DNA from: Candidatus Bathyarchaeia archaeon
Lineage (GTDB): Archaea > Thermoproteota > Bathyarchaeia > Bathyarchaeales > Bathycorpusculaceae
Length of the DNA stretch: 45,131 bases
Reading direction: 5' to 3'
Assembly: GCA_049516875.1 (NCBI GenBank)
Contig: JBEKSS010000013.1
Span: 1 to 45,131, forward strand
Made by a program: the position numbers and the translations under genes. Below, in pieces: positions 28,715 to 37,703 of this stretch. Numbering within the stretch: the stretch's first letter is position 1; the number at the start of each line of letters is the position of its first letter. The notes beneath the pieces were generated by a model. That model worked only from the letters and a program-made list of their open reading frames with translations. It was not told where the DNA came from and made no database searches.

Positions 28715-30055
28715 TTGGAAAATAAGGACGAGGAAGAAGACAAAAGTGTAATTCAATGCTCCATGAGCTATACGCTTCTCGACGAAAACGGTAAACAAAC
28801 AGCCGCTGGCGATTGTAAAGGAACACTAAATAAGGAATATCTCACTGTATATCCAAAATTCGGCGACATTCTACCTTTTCACCTGAGAGACATAAACCTG
28901 ATCGAAACAGAAAACTACCGAATCACATTATTGATGTCTTCAAGAGAGGAGCTTATCCTATCCAATTTGGGCTATTGCTTCGAAGACTTCCAGAGAGTTC
29001 TTTCGGATCTTAGGAATGAAGTGATAATCAAGGACCTGCTAATGAACGAGACTGTCCGAAAACCTGATGTCAACATGGAATTCACTTGCACCGATGAAGA
29101 GGGAAAAGAAAAGCAAAAAGGCCCCGGGAAAATTCGCCTCTACGAAACCGGCCTAGTTATAATCCCTCAAAAGGGCGAAGTTCAACGAGTGCCCTACAGC
29201 GACATCATTAGCGTTTCGGAAGAAAACTACACCATCAAGGTCGGAACAGAACAGGAAGAACAATTCCTCTTCCAGAAAATGGGCTCCGAATTCGACCCCT
29301 TCCTCAAACAACTCTCAGACATCTACAACGAACTGCAAACCAAAGCAGTTTCCTCGCTAAAAACGCTCTATCCAGCAATAGATTCTGTCTCGCTCAGAAA
29401 GGTAGCAGCAATCATGAGGGAAGGAAAAGCCGCCAAACGAGCAGACATAGAAGCAATTAATCCAAAATTGTGGCGAGAACTGGAGAAGAAAATAACCTCC
29501 GCTGGACTGAATGACGCGTACACTTTCTTGAAGGAATTAGGCAGGCAAGAGAAAATAGCCATAGGCTTCAAACGCGGCCTAATGGGCGACCTAACCGGCG
29601 AATACATCTGGTTTTTAATACCCATTTACGGCACGGTTGAGAAGGGTTACGGGAACGCTGTCGCCATGGAGGCAACAGAAGCAAGCGGCGAGGAGAGCAC
29701 TGGAAAAGCCACTTACTTCTTCAGAATAGTCAGCAGAAAGGACTATCCAACTCTCAAAACGCCTGAGCAGCTCGACAGCGAGGTGGACAAACTCATCAGA
29801 ACAATAAACAGGTGCATGCTCGACATCAACTTTCGAAGAGAACCCATATACCTCCCGGACGAGAGGCTGGACGACGCCGACTACGTCAAATATAGAGTGG
29901 CTCTGAGGAGAATCCCATCAGTACAGCTTCTCAGAAACCTCTACGTAGGAAGAGTAATACACGCCTCGCTCGAACAGTGGAAAAACGACGTCAAGGACCT
30001 TCTCAATTTGAGCGTGACAACCCAAGACGACTCGACGAAGTGGAAAAAACAATAA
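28715..30055 (+). CDS. Hypothetical protein with two tandem PH-like repeats
   Basis: Long ORF with a visible internal repeat of about 104 aa. TTG start chosen downstream of the previous stop. Confidence 0.8.
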   Translation: MENKDEEEDKSVIQCSMSYTLLDENGKQTAAGDCKGTLNKEYLTVYPKFGDILPFHLRDINLIETENYRITLLMSSREELILSNLGYCFEDFQRVLSDLRNEVIIKDLLMNETVRKPDVNMEFTCTDEEGKEKQKGPGKIRLYETGLVIIPQKGEVQRVPYSDIISVSEENYTIKVGTEQEEQFLFQKMGSEFDPFLKQLSDIYNELQTKAVSSLKTLYPAIDSVSLRKVAAIMREGKAAKRADIEAINPKLWRELEKKITSAGLNDAYTFLKELGRQEKIAIGFKRGLMGDLTGEYIWFLIPIYGTVEKGYGNAVAMEATEASGEESTGKATYFFRIVSRKDYPTLKTPEQLDSEVDKLIRTINRCMLDINFRREPIYLPDERLDDADYVKYRVALRRIPSVQLLRNLYVGRVIHASLEQWKNDVKDLLNLSVTTQDDSTKWKKQ

Positions 30056-30193
30056 CAAGACCCATCCTCGGCTCATCTGAAAGCGCGCACACCAATGTGG
30101 CGCTTTCAAAGAGAACAAATCAACTAGCTTCATCTTCTGATCCAAAGCAAGTGTTAATAGGAACAGAGAAGAACTGAATTTTGTTGATGGACT

Positions 30194-30667
30194 TTGGCGA
30201 AAAGGAAGACGTGGTGTGAAAAACTTCAAGACAGCAAAGACCTGCCCAGAGTCGAGAAAATCACTGAGAGGATGAGCAAGAAATGGGGAACAGGCACAGT
30301 GGTCATTCCAGCACCCATAGAAGTTGATGAACTAATGAAAAAAGTGCCTGAAGGAAAGTTAACCAACATAAACCACATTCGAGAGGCACTGGCCAAAAAA
30401 CACGAAGCCACAATCGGCTGCCCTATCACCACTGGTATCTTCGCTTCGATCGCAGCCCACGCAGCAGAAGAACAGAAACAAAAAGGACAAAAGAACATCA
30501 CGCCTTACTGGCGCACTCTCAAAGTCGGCGGTGTCATAAACGAGAAATATCCTGGCGGCACTGAAGAACAGAAGAAACTCCTAACAGAAGAAGGGCACAA
30601 AGTTGTGCACAAAGGCAAGAAATGTGTTGTAGTCGACTACGAGAAATCGCTGACAAGATTCCTCTAG
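30194..30667 (+). CDS. MGMT-family alkyltransferase-like DNA-binding protein
   Basis: VPEGKL.....R, CPITTGIF, PYWR in place of PCHR, YPGG...Q..LL..EG. Confidence 0.82.
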   Translation: MAKRKTWCEKLQDSKDLPRVEKITERMSKKWGTGTVVIPAPIEVDELMKKVPEGKLTNINHIREALAKKHEATIGCPITTGIFASIAAHAAEEQKQKGQKNITPYWRTLKVGGVINEKYPGGTEEQKKLLTEEGHKVVHKGKKCVVVDYEKSLTRFL

Positions 30668-30774
30668 TGCTTACCTGCGCCTGCACTAAAGAACAGGAAA
30701 GTGGGTTGTGCGGGAGAAATCGCCTCAGTATCAGGTTTTGAGACATGTTTAATGCATGAAAACGGGAAAACTCT

Positions 30775-30960
30775 TCATATTTTTCTTTCAGAAATAGCGG
30801 TTGCTACACTTTTGATGAGTTGTGGCAATTTCTTGTAGATTCTGCGTTTTCTTTCAGCATCATAATCAGGCATTTCGTCAAGGAAGCTCTTATGCGCAAC
30901 TGGATTGTCAGAAACAACGTGAGAAGATGAGACTTTGAAACCTGCTTTAGTAGCTTCCCG
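30775..30960 (-). pseudogene. C-terminal gene fragment, possibly nucleoside-phosphorylase-like, cut at a GCGCGCGC motif
   Basis: EATKAGFKVSSSHVVSDNPVAHKSF...helical tail resembles the V-V-S-D C-terminal strand and helix of PNP/UDP-family enzymes. No matching N-terminus is present. Confidence 0.35.
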
Positions 30961-31118
30961 GCGCGCGCTACGTGCAAAGGTTCCGAAGTTCCTGAAAAAT
31001 GTCCAGTTTGCGTACATCCAAGCTACTATGAGGTCTGGTGCGAGAACTAATGAACAGACAATCTAGAAGTTCAAAATTCGAAAGTCGCAGATTAAGAAAC
31101 TAATGGATACAGCGCGCG

Positions 31119-31388
31119 TTAGCCGACCAATTGAACGGTTGTTCCGATGGCCCACCCAGGCACTCCTTTGCGGAACTTGGCTTCGACCACGCCGTTCTTG
31201 CCGTGCAAACCCGTAATTTTCCCGATAAGCTCTTTCTTTCCTTCTTTCCAAACCACTTTTCGCCCGACAAGTTGACCAGCCTTGGAGACGGAATTTGCGT
31301 CCGCAAACCGTATCAGACACCACTTTGACATTTGCGTCCTGATACCTATCCGATAATTCGCTATTGTTCCATAAACGGGTTGAGGCAC
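31119..31388 (-). CDS. rpl35ae: 50S ribosomal protein L35Ae
   Basis: G.I..YR.G..TQ, LVGRKVVW, GKI...HG.NGVV.A.F..G.PG.A.G. SD GGTGA. Confidence 0.95.
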   Translation of the reverse strand: MPQPVYGTIANYRIGIRTQMSKWCLIRFADANSVSKAGQLVGRKVVWKEGKKELIGKITGLHGKNGVVEAKFRKGVPGWAIGTTVQLVG

Positions 31389-31577
31389 AAGCTTTCACCG
31401 TTGCAACACTCCCTTTAAGACACGCAACTGGCTTTTAAACCTGCTTCGCATCAGCGCCCGTCTGCCACCCTTTGACAATTCATACACTTCGCTCATATCC
31501 AACCCGTCCACAAAGAGCCCTTTCCGACTGGGAAATCGCCACGTAATCAGCCCCGATTGCGCACATCCGTACATATC

Positions 31578-31684
31578 TTAATATGCGACCAAGCACATCA
31601 TGTTAATGGGTAGAATTCTCTTAGAGAAGAATGCGGACAAAAGAGCTTAAAAAAGGATTTTGTCGTTTTTCTTGACCATTCTAC
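31578..31684 (+). promoter_or_regulatory. TATA box followed by a long stem-loop 5' leader
   Basis: TTAATA 31578-83. GTAGAAT(31610-16) pairs with ATTCTAC(31678-84), AGAAGAA with TTTTTCT, and GACAAAA(31636-42) with TTTTGTC(31658-64). Confidence 0.5.
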
Positions 31685-31706
31685 TGAAAAATGTTCGGTG
31701 AAAACT

Positions 31707-31898
31707 ATGGAATCAGCAAGCAAGCAGGCAAGCACACCTGCGCGATCATGGAACAACAGAGTGGAAAGAAGACATCTGCCTAAAGTGGATTACCATGCTG
31801 AACTGAATACTTGGGTGCAACGTGCCATACTAGAAGCAGAAAAGAACAAAGACTTCAACAAGAAAAACCAGTTCTTAATCCTTCTAGAAGATCTTTGA
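31707..31898 (+). CDS. Small hypothetical protein (63 aa)
   Basis: ATG with SD GGTGA. Amphipathic helix DYHAELNTWVQRAILEAEK. First gene of a plus-strand unit. Confidence 0.65.
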   Translation: MESASKQASTPARSWNNRVERRHLPKVDYHAELNTWVQRAILEAEKNKDFNKKNQFLILLEDL

Positions 31899-31956
31899 GA
31901 CTGTCCAAGAATGGATTCTACAAAGAAAGACAAACTAGAAAAAGAGTAGAAAAACC

Positions 31957-32601
31957 TTGAGAAACGGAGTATCAGTTGGCGAATATCTCGCTTTTCTTTC
32001 GGTAAAATATGAAATTGACCCTGACGTTCTTTTCAATGCACTGGTCTCATCAGGAGAAAGTCGAAAATCCAAATGTGGGAGCCTTTCAGTCGAACGTCGC
32101 AGCGAAACACGAGACAAAGCCGTCTTTCTGATTTTGAAAGATTCTAGAGTTGTTGCACAGTTTCCCATATTCAAGGAATTCCTCTTGGAACGAGACAATC
32201 CAGTTAAAAGATTCATGAAGACCGATATGATCCGCAGACATTTAATTAGGAAAAATAGGACAGGGCATTCCCTTCCAATCAGAGATTTGCGAACTGGAAT
32301 GAGCCAGATTAATCTGAAGGCTAAAGTCTTGGAAATTCCAACGCCAAAACTCGTTTTCACCCGGTTCGGAAACTACGCTAGCGTGGCAAACGCTTTGATA
32401 GCGGACGAAACCGGTACGATCAAACTATGTCTGTGGAATGAACAGATAGACTCTATCTCCATAGGAGACACCATTCAGGTCGAGAATGCGCGAGCTTCCA
32501 CGTTCAGAGGCGAAAGACAACTGAACATTGGAAGAAAAGGAACCCTCAGCAATATGAAAAGCATGGGTTCCCAACAACTAGAAGAGTTGCATAGCTCATA
32601 A
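31957..32601 (+). CDS. OB-fold single-stranded nucleic-acid-binding protein (SSB/RPA-like) with N-terminal extension
   Basis: I.DLR.GM..INL.AKVL, VA.A.IADETG.IKL.LW, GD.I.V.N, FRGE.QL.IG..G. Confidence 0.88.
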   Translation: MRNGVSVGEYLAFLSVKYEIDPDVLFNALVSSGESRKSKCGSLSVERRSETRDKAVFLILKDSRVVAQFPIFKEFLLERDNPVKRFMKTDMIRRHLIRKNRTGHSLPIRDLRTGMSQINLKAKVLEIPTPKLVFTRFGNYASVANALIADETGTIKLCLWNEQIDSISIGDTIQVENARASTFRGERQLNIGRKGTLSNMKSMGSQQLEELHSS

Positions 32602-32724
32602 GACGTGCCCAATCAAAAGGTATTGATGGAGAAAATAGGCAGCAAAGAGACTTGGAACAGAAAAGGACTATGGAGTGGCGAACGGAAAGAGCAATCTAAC
32701 ATTAACGCGAACGGGGAATGGTTT

Positions 32725-33003
32725 ATGAAAATAGTGGAAGGCTGGAGAAGAATAGACAACCAGAGAGGATACATAAATGCGATAACAGGACAGAATCTTG
32801 TTGTCACAAAGAAACAGTATGGAGAACATTACTTGGCACTGCTGTTTCCTGAGGTAAAAGATGATTGTGAGGGAAAGAAAATATCGCCCGAGTTTCCGAC
32901 GGAATCCAAAGCGGAATCATTTGCTATGGATTGGATGAACAAACATCCAAGGGGACTAAATGAACTGCACGCGCTGTCAAGTGACCAGCGTCAGCACTCT
33001 TAA
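32725..33003 (+). CDS. Hypothetical protein
   Basis: MKIVEGWRRI...A..FA.DWM.KHP.G. Overlaps the feoB 3' end by 27 nt. Confidence 0.65.
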   Translation: MKIVEGWRRIDNQRGYINAITGQNLVVTKKQYGEHYLALLFPEVKDDCEGKKISPEFPTESKAESFAMDWMNKHPRGLNELHALSSDQRQHS

Positions 33004-34908
33004 TGCGACTCCGCCTAGAATTATTGCAAAAGCTATTTCAAACAGGGTTATGAACAGGGCTTTCTTCCCGCCAAACTCTCTGACCAGAGCGGAGATAGTC
33101 GCCACACAGGGTATGTAAAACATTGCCACCAGGGTGAAGACGACCATCTGAACCGGTGTCAAAGCCTGCAAGCCCGTTGGAGCAAGAAGGGCGGCGAGCA
33201 AAATCAGCGATAGTTCCTTCCTCAGCACACCGAATATCAACGTTATGCCCGTGATAACCGGCAATCCGAGCCACGCAACAGTGACGGGGCTGAGCAGGTT
33301 TGCAACCGGGTTCAACAAGCCAAAAACATCCGCGGCCTTTATCACAAGGCTCCCAACAACTATCAACGGAAAAGCTATCTTTATGAATTCGGCCAACCTG
33401 AACCACGTCTCCTTCAACACCGTCTTCAGGTCAGGCATCCTGTAATCAGCCATCTCCATTATCAGAGCGCTCGGTTCACCCGGCAGTACTCTGAAAGCCA
33501 ACCGACCAAGAGCAAAGATGACGAAGAGGTCAAAGACATAGAGGACCAAGGCCCACTGAATGCCGATAAACCGACCCACTAAACCAAGTATGATGACCGT
33601 TCGCGCGGCGCACGGCACGAGCGTCGTCACAAACGCGGCGAGGGTCCTTTCTCTTTGCGTTTCCATTATCCTACAGCCGAGGCACGCGGGAACGTTGCAG
33701 CCGTAGCCAAGCATGATTGGAATGAACGCTTTTCCGTGCAGCCCTATCTTGTGCATAGCGTTGTCCATGAGAAACGCTATCCGGCTCAGGTAACCCGAGT
33801 CCTCCAAGAAGTACAGCACGATGTAGAATGGAATTATGTAGGGCAAGGCCACAGTCACGCCTGCTATGAGCCCCTCTGCGACGCCGCCCCAGACGAGGCT
33901 GCCCACGATTCCTGTTCCAAACAGGTTCGTGGACAGGGGCTCCAGTCTGTTAAGGAGGTTGCTCAGAAGGCCTGAGGTGTAATTCCCGAAGGTGAAGATT
34001 GCGTAAAAAATCAGAAGCAGCGAAGAAACCATGATTAGGTATCCTGCGATTCTGTGGGTTGTGAGGTTGTGAAGTCTCTCCTCCGCAGTTGGTTTCAGCG
34101 GGGGCACGAGCTTCTGAGCTTGTCGGGCAACGCGGCCAGCGGCTTCGTACCGCTCGGAGGTTATTACAGTTGAGCACGCGTGGCCGTGGAGATTTTCGAT
34201 TTCGCCAGCAAGCTCTTTTGCTGTGTTCACAACCTGGGGGGCCAGTTTGGCTATCTCTCTTGCGATCTCCTCGTCACCCTCCAGCAGTTTGATCGCCACG
34301 TATCTCCTCGGATAGTAGAATTGAACGCCTTGAAGCGTTTCGGTGATCTTTGCGATTCTTTCTTCGACTTCCTCCCCGTACCTCACCTCGCGTCTCGTGG
34401 TCTGTCCCTTTTCGATGACCTTAATCGCCATTTCCAGAAGTTGGGATATGCCTATTCCTTTTGTGGCAACGGTTTGTACCACTGGCACTCCCAGTAGCTG
34501 CTCCAGCTTCTCAGTGTCGATTTCTATGCCCTTCCTCTTAGCGATGTCCATCTGATTCAAAGCCACGATCATTGGAGTCTCGAGTTCCATCAACTGCAGG
34601 GTGAAGAACAGGTTTCTCTCGAGGACCGAGGCGTCCACGACGTTTATCACGAGGTCGGGCCTCTCAACCGCTATGTATTTTCTGGAGACCAGTTCCTCCA
34701 GAGAATAGGTGGAAAGAGAGTATATGCCTGGAAGATCAACTATGTCTATCGTGTAACCTTTGAAGCTGAGCGTCCCCTCCGCCCTTTCAACGGTTTTCCC
34801 AGGCCAGTTCCCGATGTGCTGATGCAAACCGGTGAGATAGTTGAATATGACGGATTTTCCGACGTTCGCGTTTCCTGCCAACGCGAAAATCAGTTTCTTC
34901 TGGGTCAC
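32977..34908 (-). CDS. feoB: Ferrous iron transporter B
   Basis: [58 protein letters not shown]. Confidence 0.97.
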   Translation of the reverse strand: MTQKKLIFALAGNANVGKSVIFNYLTGLHQHIGNWPGKTVERAEGTLSFKGYTIDIVDLPGIYSLSTYSLEELVSRKYIAVERPDLVINVVDASVLERNLFFTLQLMELETPMIVALNQMDIAKRKGIEIDTEKLEQLLGVPVVQTVATKGIGISQLLEMAIKVIEKGQTTRREVRYGEEVEERIAKITETLQGVQFYYPRRYVAIKLLEGDEEIAREIAKLAPQVVNTAKELAGEIENLHGHACSTVITSERYEAAGRVARQAQKLVPPLKPTAEERLHNLTTHRIAGYLIMVSSLLLIFYAIFTFGNYTSGLLSNLLNRLEPLSTNLFGTGIVGSLVWGGVAEGLIAGVTVALPYIIPFYIVLYFLEDSGYLSRIAFLMDNAMHKIGLHGKAFIPIMLGYGCNVPACLGCRIMETQRERTLAAFVTTLVPCAARTVIILGLVGRFIGIQWALVLYVFDLFVIFALGRLAFRVLPGEPSALIMEMADYRMPDLKTVLKETWFRLAEFIKIAFPLIVVGSLVIKAADVFGLLNPVANLLSPVTVAWLGLPVITGITLIFGVLRKELSLILLAALLAPTGLQALTPVQMVVFTLVAMFYIPCVATISALVREFGGKKALFITLFEIAFAIILGGVALRVLTLVT

Positions 34909-35621
34909 TCTTTTTCAGCCTCAACGAAGATTATCTCGGTCATGCCCCTGCCAAGGGCCAGTCTTGAGCCCCTTACGAGGATTTCCAGGGGGCCGTGAAA
35001 CGGGGCTGACTTCACAACAGTCACCTCCGTGCCAGGGGTAAGGCCCATGTCAGAGAGCCTTTGCAGAACCTTGTGCTCTCCTCGTATGAAGGATACTTTG
35101 CCACGCTCGCCCTTCTTGAGTTGGTCTATCGAGACAGGGATAAGCTCTCGTTTTCCAGATTCCTCAAGGTCCTTCTTGTGCAGTTCTACGCATTCCTCGC
35201 AGGTCGAAAATGGCAGGTCACAGGCTGGAATAATCTTGTCGTCGTCTGGGCACCGGTCGGGGTGTTTTAGAAATCGGCAGAGGGACTCTTCGGCCTCATC
35301 AGAGAGGGCGTGTTCCATCTCACATGCTTCTGAGTGAACTCTATCCTCCCTTATTCTTAGGATGTCATGCAGAAACCGTTCCAGCAACCTGTGCTTTCTT
35401 GTGACTTTCTCGGCGACTTGAAAACCCTTGCGAGTAAGGCGGGCCCCGCGATACGGTGAATATCTCACATAACCTTTGTTGGCAAGCTTCTGCAACATCT
35501 CAGTCACACTTGCAGGTGCAATCTTGAAATGCTCTGCAATCTCGGTCGTGGATGTAGATTTTCCGTTTCTAGAAAGAATGTAAATCGCCTTCAAATAGTC
35601 TTCAAGGCTCTTGCTCGACAT
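34905..35621 (-). CDS. DtxR/MntR-family metal-dependent repressor fused to a FeoA domain
   Basis: EDYLKAIY, PASVTEML, R.HRLLE.FL, EAC.MEH.LS; C-terminal FeoA RL.DMGL.PG...AP..GP...VRG..LAL. Confidence 0.94.
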   Translation of the reverse strand: MSSKSLEDYLKAIYILSRNGKSTSTTEIAEHFKIAPASVTEMLQKLANKGYVRYSPYRGARLTRKGFQVAEKVTRKHRLLERFLHDILRIREDRVHSEACEMEHALSDEAEESLCRFLKHPDRCPDDDKIIPACDLPFSTCEECVELHKKDLEESGKRELIPVSIDQLKKGERGKVSFIRGEHKVLQRLSDMGLTPGTEVTVVKSAPFHGPLEILVRGSRLALGRGMTEIIFVEAEKE

Positions 35622-35636
35622 CGCATCACCGACGTT

Positions 35637-35695
35637 GTTTAGGCATACCTAAACTTCTTACGCAGCCTAATAGACATTTAGGCATGCCTAAATGT
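35637..35695. promoter_or_regulatory. Tandem DtxR-type operators
   Basis: GTTTAGG-CATA-CCTAAAC (35637-54), degenerate TTACGCAGCCTAA (35658-70) and perfect 22-bp ACATTTAGGCATGCCTAAATGT (35674-95), directly upstream of the DtxR-feoB operon. Confidence 0.85.
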
Positions 35696-36053
35696 TTTCT
35701 ACCTTATTGGGAGGAGCATTTTGCAGAAAAAGAGGAGTTCTGCGAAAGATATCTCCATTTACCAGGCAAAAGGGAATTTGCAACATGATTTTAGGAGATT
35801 ACACGTGTTTTCTCTTTCTGAAGAGCCCAATGCCAAAAGAAGGGATTCGCGTGAAATCTGGCCGATTGTTGCTTGTCCACGTTCTAGCGGCGGGCCACAA
35901 GCACTACATGTGCTTTTTGCTCGTCATCTTCGTTAGTTCAGTCACAACAGTTAATAACATGATTGGAGAAATCTTTGAGTCTTATTATACTCGAGGGAAT
36001 GAGAAACGAGCGGTTCAGGGATTAAGATAGTTCTGACTTCTTCAGCTACTGAA

Positions 36054-37565
36054 ATGAGCGACTACTACAACAGTCCCTTTCACGCCTTTGTGGCGGGATT
36101 TTCGAAAGGTCCATTGCCCCTGTGGATTCTAAGGAAATATCTTTATCCATCTGTTGAAAGCGACTGCGACGGAAGTGCCAAGTACGCGCCTTATGGTCTG
36201 AGAAAAGTTGAAGCCTTGCTGCTAGCAAACGGTTTTGCGGATTCAGATGTGGCCGTGGTTCACCCGTCGAACCTCGATGATTTCATCGGGCCCAACACAA
36301 AGGTTGTTGGCATTTCCTCTATGGATCCAACAGGGATGGGATACGTCAGCAAGACATACTCTTCCCTGGTCGGCGGTGGAGCGCCATTGAACGCCATCGA
36401 ATTCGAAGCACTAGTAAGACATCGGAGCATACAAAGATACAAACCTAAGATAATTGTCGGCGGCTATGGTTCCTGGCAGCTTCAGCGGAAAAAAGTGGCA
36501 GAAAGCTATGGAATAGACTGTGTCCTTATCGGCGGAGCTGCAGAGACTATCATTGATGTTTTCGACAAAGCAGTCAGCGGAGAACCTCTGCCCAAAGTAG
36601 TGCGCTCCGGAAACGGGTCAAGAGAGCGACCTATGCCTCTTATTAGACATGCGGCTATTCACGGTGGCGTAGAGATCTCCAAGGGATGCGGTCGAAATTG
36701 CCAGTTTTGCACGCCAACCGTGCAAGACAAGTGCGACGTGCCCTTGGACAAGATCATGAATGAAGTTGAGACGACTATCCGAGAAGGCGCGTCTCGAATA
36801 ACATTGATAACTGAAGACTTGTTTCTGTACGGCGCGAAAGACAAGTGTTTCATACCAAACAAGGAGGCCGTGCTCAAGCTCGTCAGGAGCATAGCAGACT
36901 ATCCGGGCGTCGGGGCGGTACAGCCTTCGCACATGTCTCTGGCTCCGGTTGTTTATGATCCCGGTTTGGTCAAAGAAGTAGCCGAGATTCTTATCGCTCA
37001 TAACTGGTATTTCCATGGGAAGAAGCCTATAGTGACTTCCGAAACTGGAATTGAGACCGGAAGTGTTAGGCTCATACGGAAGTATATGGCTGGAAAGCCT
37101 CTGCCCTTCAAGCCTGAACAGTGGAAGGAAGTCGTCACTCAAGCCTTCGGGATATTGAACGACAATAGTTGGTATCCTCTTGCCACGTTGATAGTTGGTC
37201 TCCCCGACGAAAAAGAGGAAGATGTTACCGAAACACTTGAATTGATGGATGATCTGAAAGACTATGACGCTTTCTATGTTCCTCTGTTCTTCGTCCCGCT
37301 CGAAAACTCTCTCTTGATGAACAAACACGGAGCTGAGCTTGATTCTCTCTCCAAAATCCGCTGGGAACTTCTGACTCGTTGCTGGCAATACAACGTTCGA
37401 ATCTGGCGAGACACTTTCCTCGAGGCCAGAATCACCAACCCCGTCCTCTACAAACTCGTAAAGCGAATGCTAATACCATACGCCGCCAGAGTTGCCGGAA
37501 TCTACTACAGAATAAAGCACGGGGAAGCGATGGAGGAAGCCATCTGGAAAATGGCAAGCGCCTAG
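36054..37565 (+). CDS. Radical SAM protein with B12-binding-like N-terminal domain; 5' end appears frameshifted
   Basis: APYGLRKVEA.L, MDP.G.G, GCGRNCQFC, G.ETGS. The in-frame upstream stretch GIKIVLTSSATE has no standard start codon. Confidence 0.88.
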   Translation: MSDYYNSPFHAFVAGFSKGPLPLWILRKYLYPSVESDCDGSAKYAPYGLRKVEALLLANGFADSDVAVVHPSNLDDFIGPNTKVVGISSMDPTGMGYVSKTYSSLVGGGAPLNAIEFEALVRHRSIQRYKPKIIVGGYGSWQLQRKKVAESYGIDCVLIGGAAETIIDVFDKAVSGEPLPKVVRSGNGSRERPMPLIRHAAIHGGVEISKGCGRNCQFCTPTVQDKCDVPLDKIMNEVETTIREGASRITLITEDLFLYGAKDKCFIPNKEAVLKLVRSIADYPGVGAVQPSHMSLAPVVYDPGLVKEVAEILIAHNWYFHGKKPIVTSETGIETGSVRLIRKYMAGKPLPFKPEQWKEVVTQAFGILNDNSWYPLATLIVGLPDEKEEDVTETLELMDDLKDYDAFYVPLFFVPLENSLLMNKHGAELDSLSKIRWELLTRCWQYNVRIWRDTFLEARITNPVLYKLVKRMLIPYAARVAGIYYRIKHGEAMEEAIWKMASA

Positions 37566-37703
37566 CGCACGTAAGCATAATCAACTCTTGAGGGGAGCAA
37601 TGCATGGAAGAAAGAGGATTGCGGGAGATATCTCCACTTGTTGATGGAAATGGGAATTTACACTCTGATTTTGATTTTCAGGCACATTTTTCCGTATCGC
37701 TCG

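Noticed and set aside
21299-31118. Classical integron (attC) array or CRISPR array
   Set aside because: No attC-type GTTRRRY hairpins, no IntI, mixed gene orientation, and no regularly spaced 25-40-nt repeats.
35692-36030. 112-aa and 71-aa ORFs between DtxR and the radical SAM gene
   Set aside because: They overlap operator and promoter DNA and show no family motifs. Possibly debris, but not supportable.
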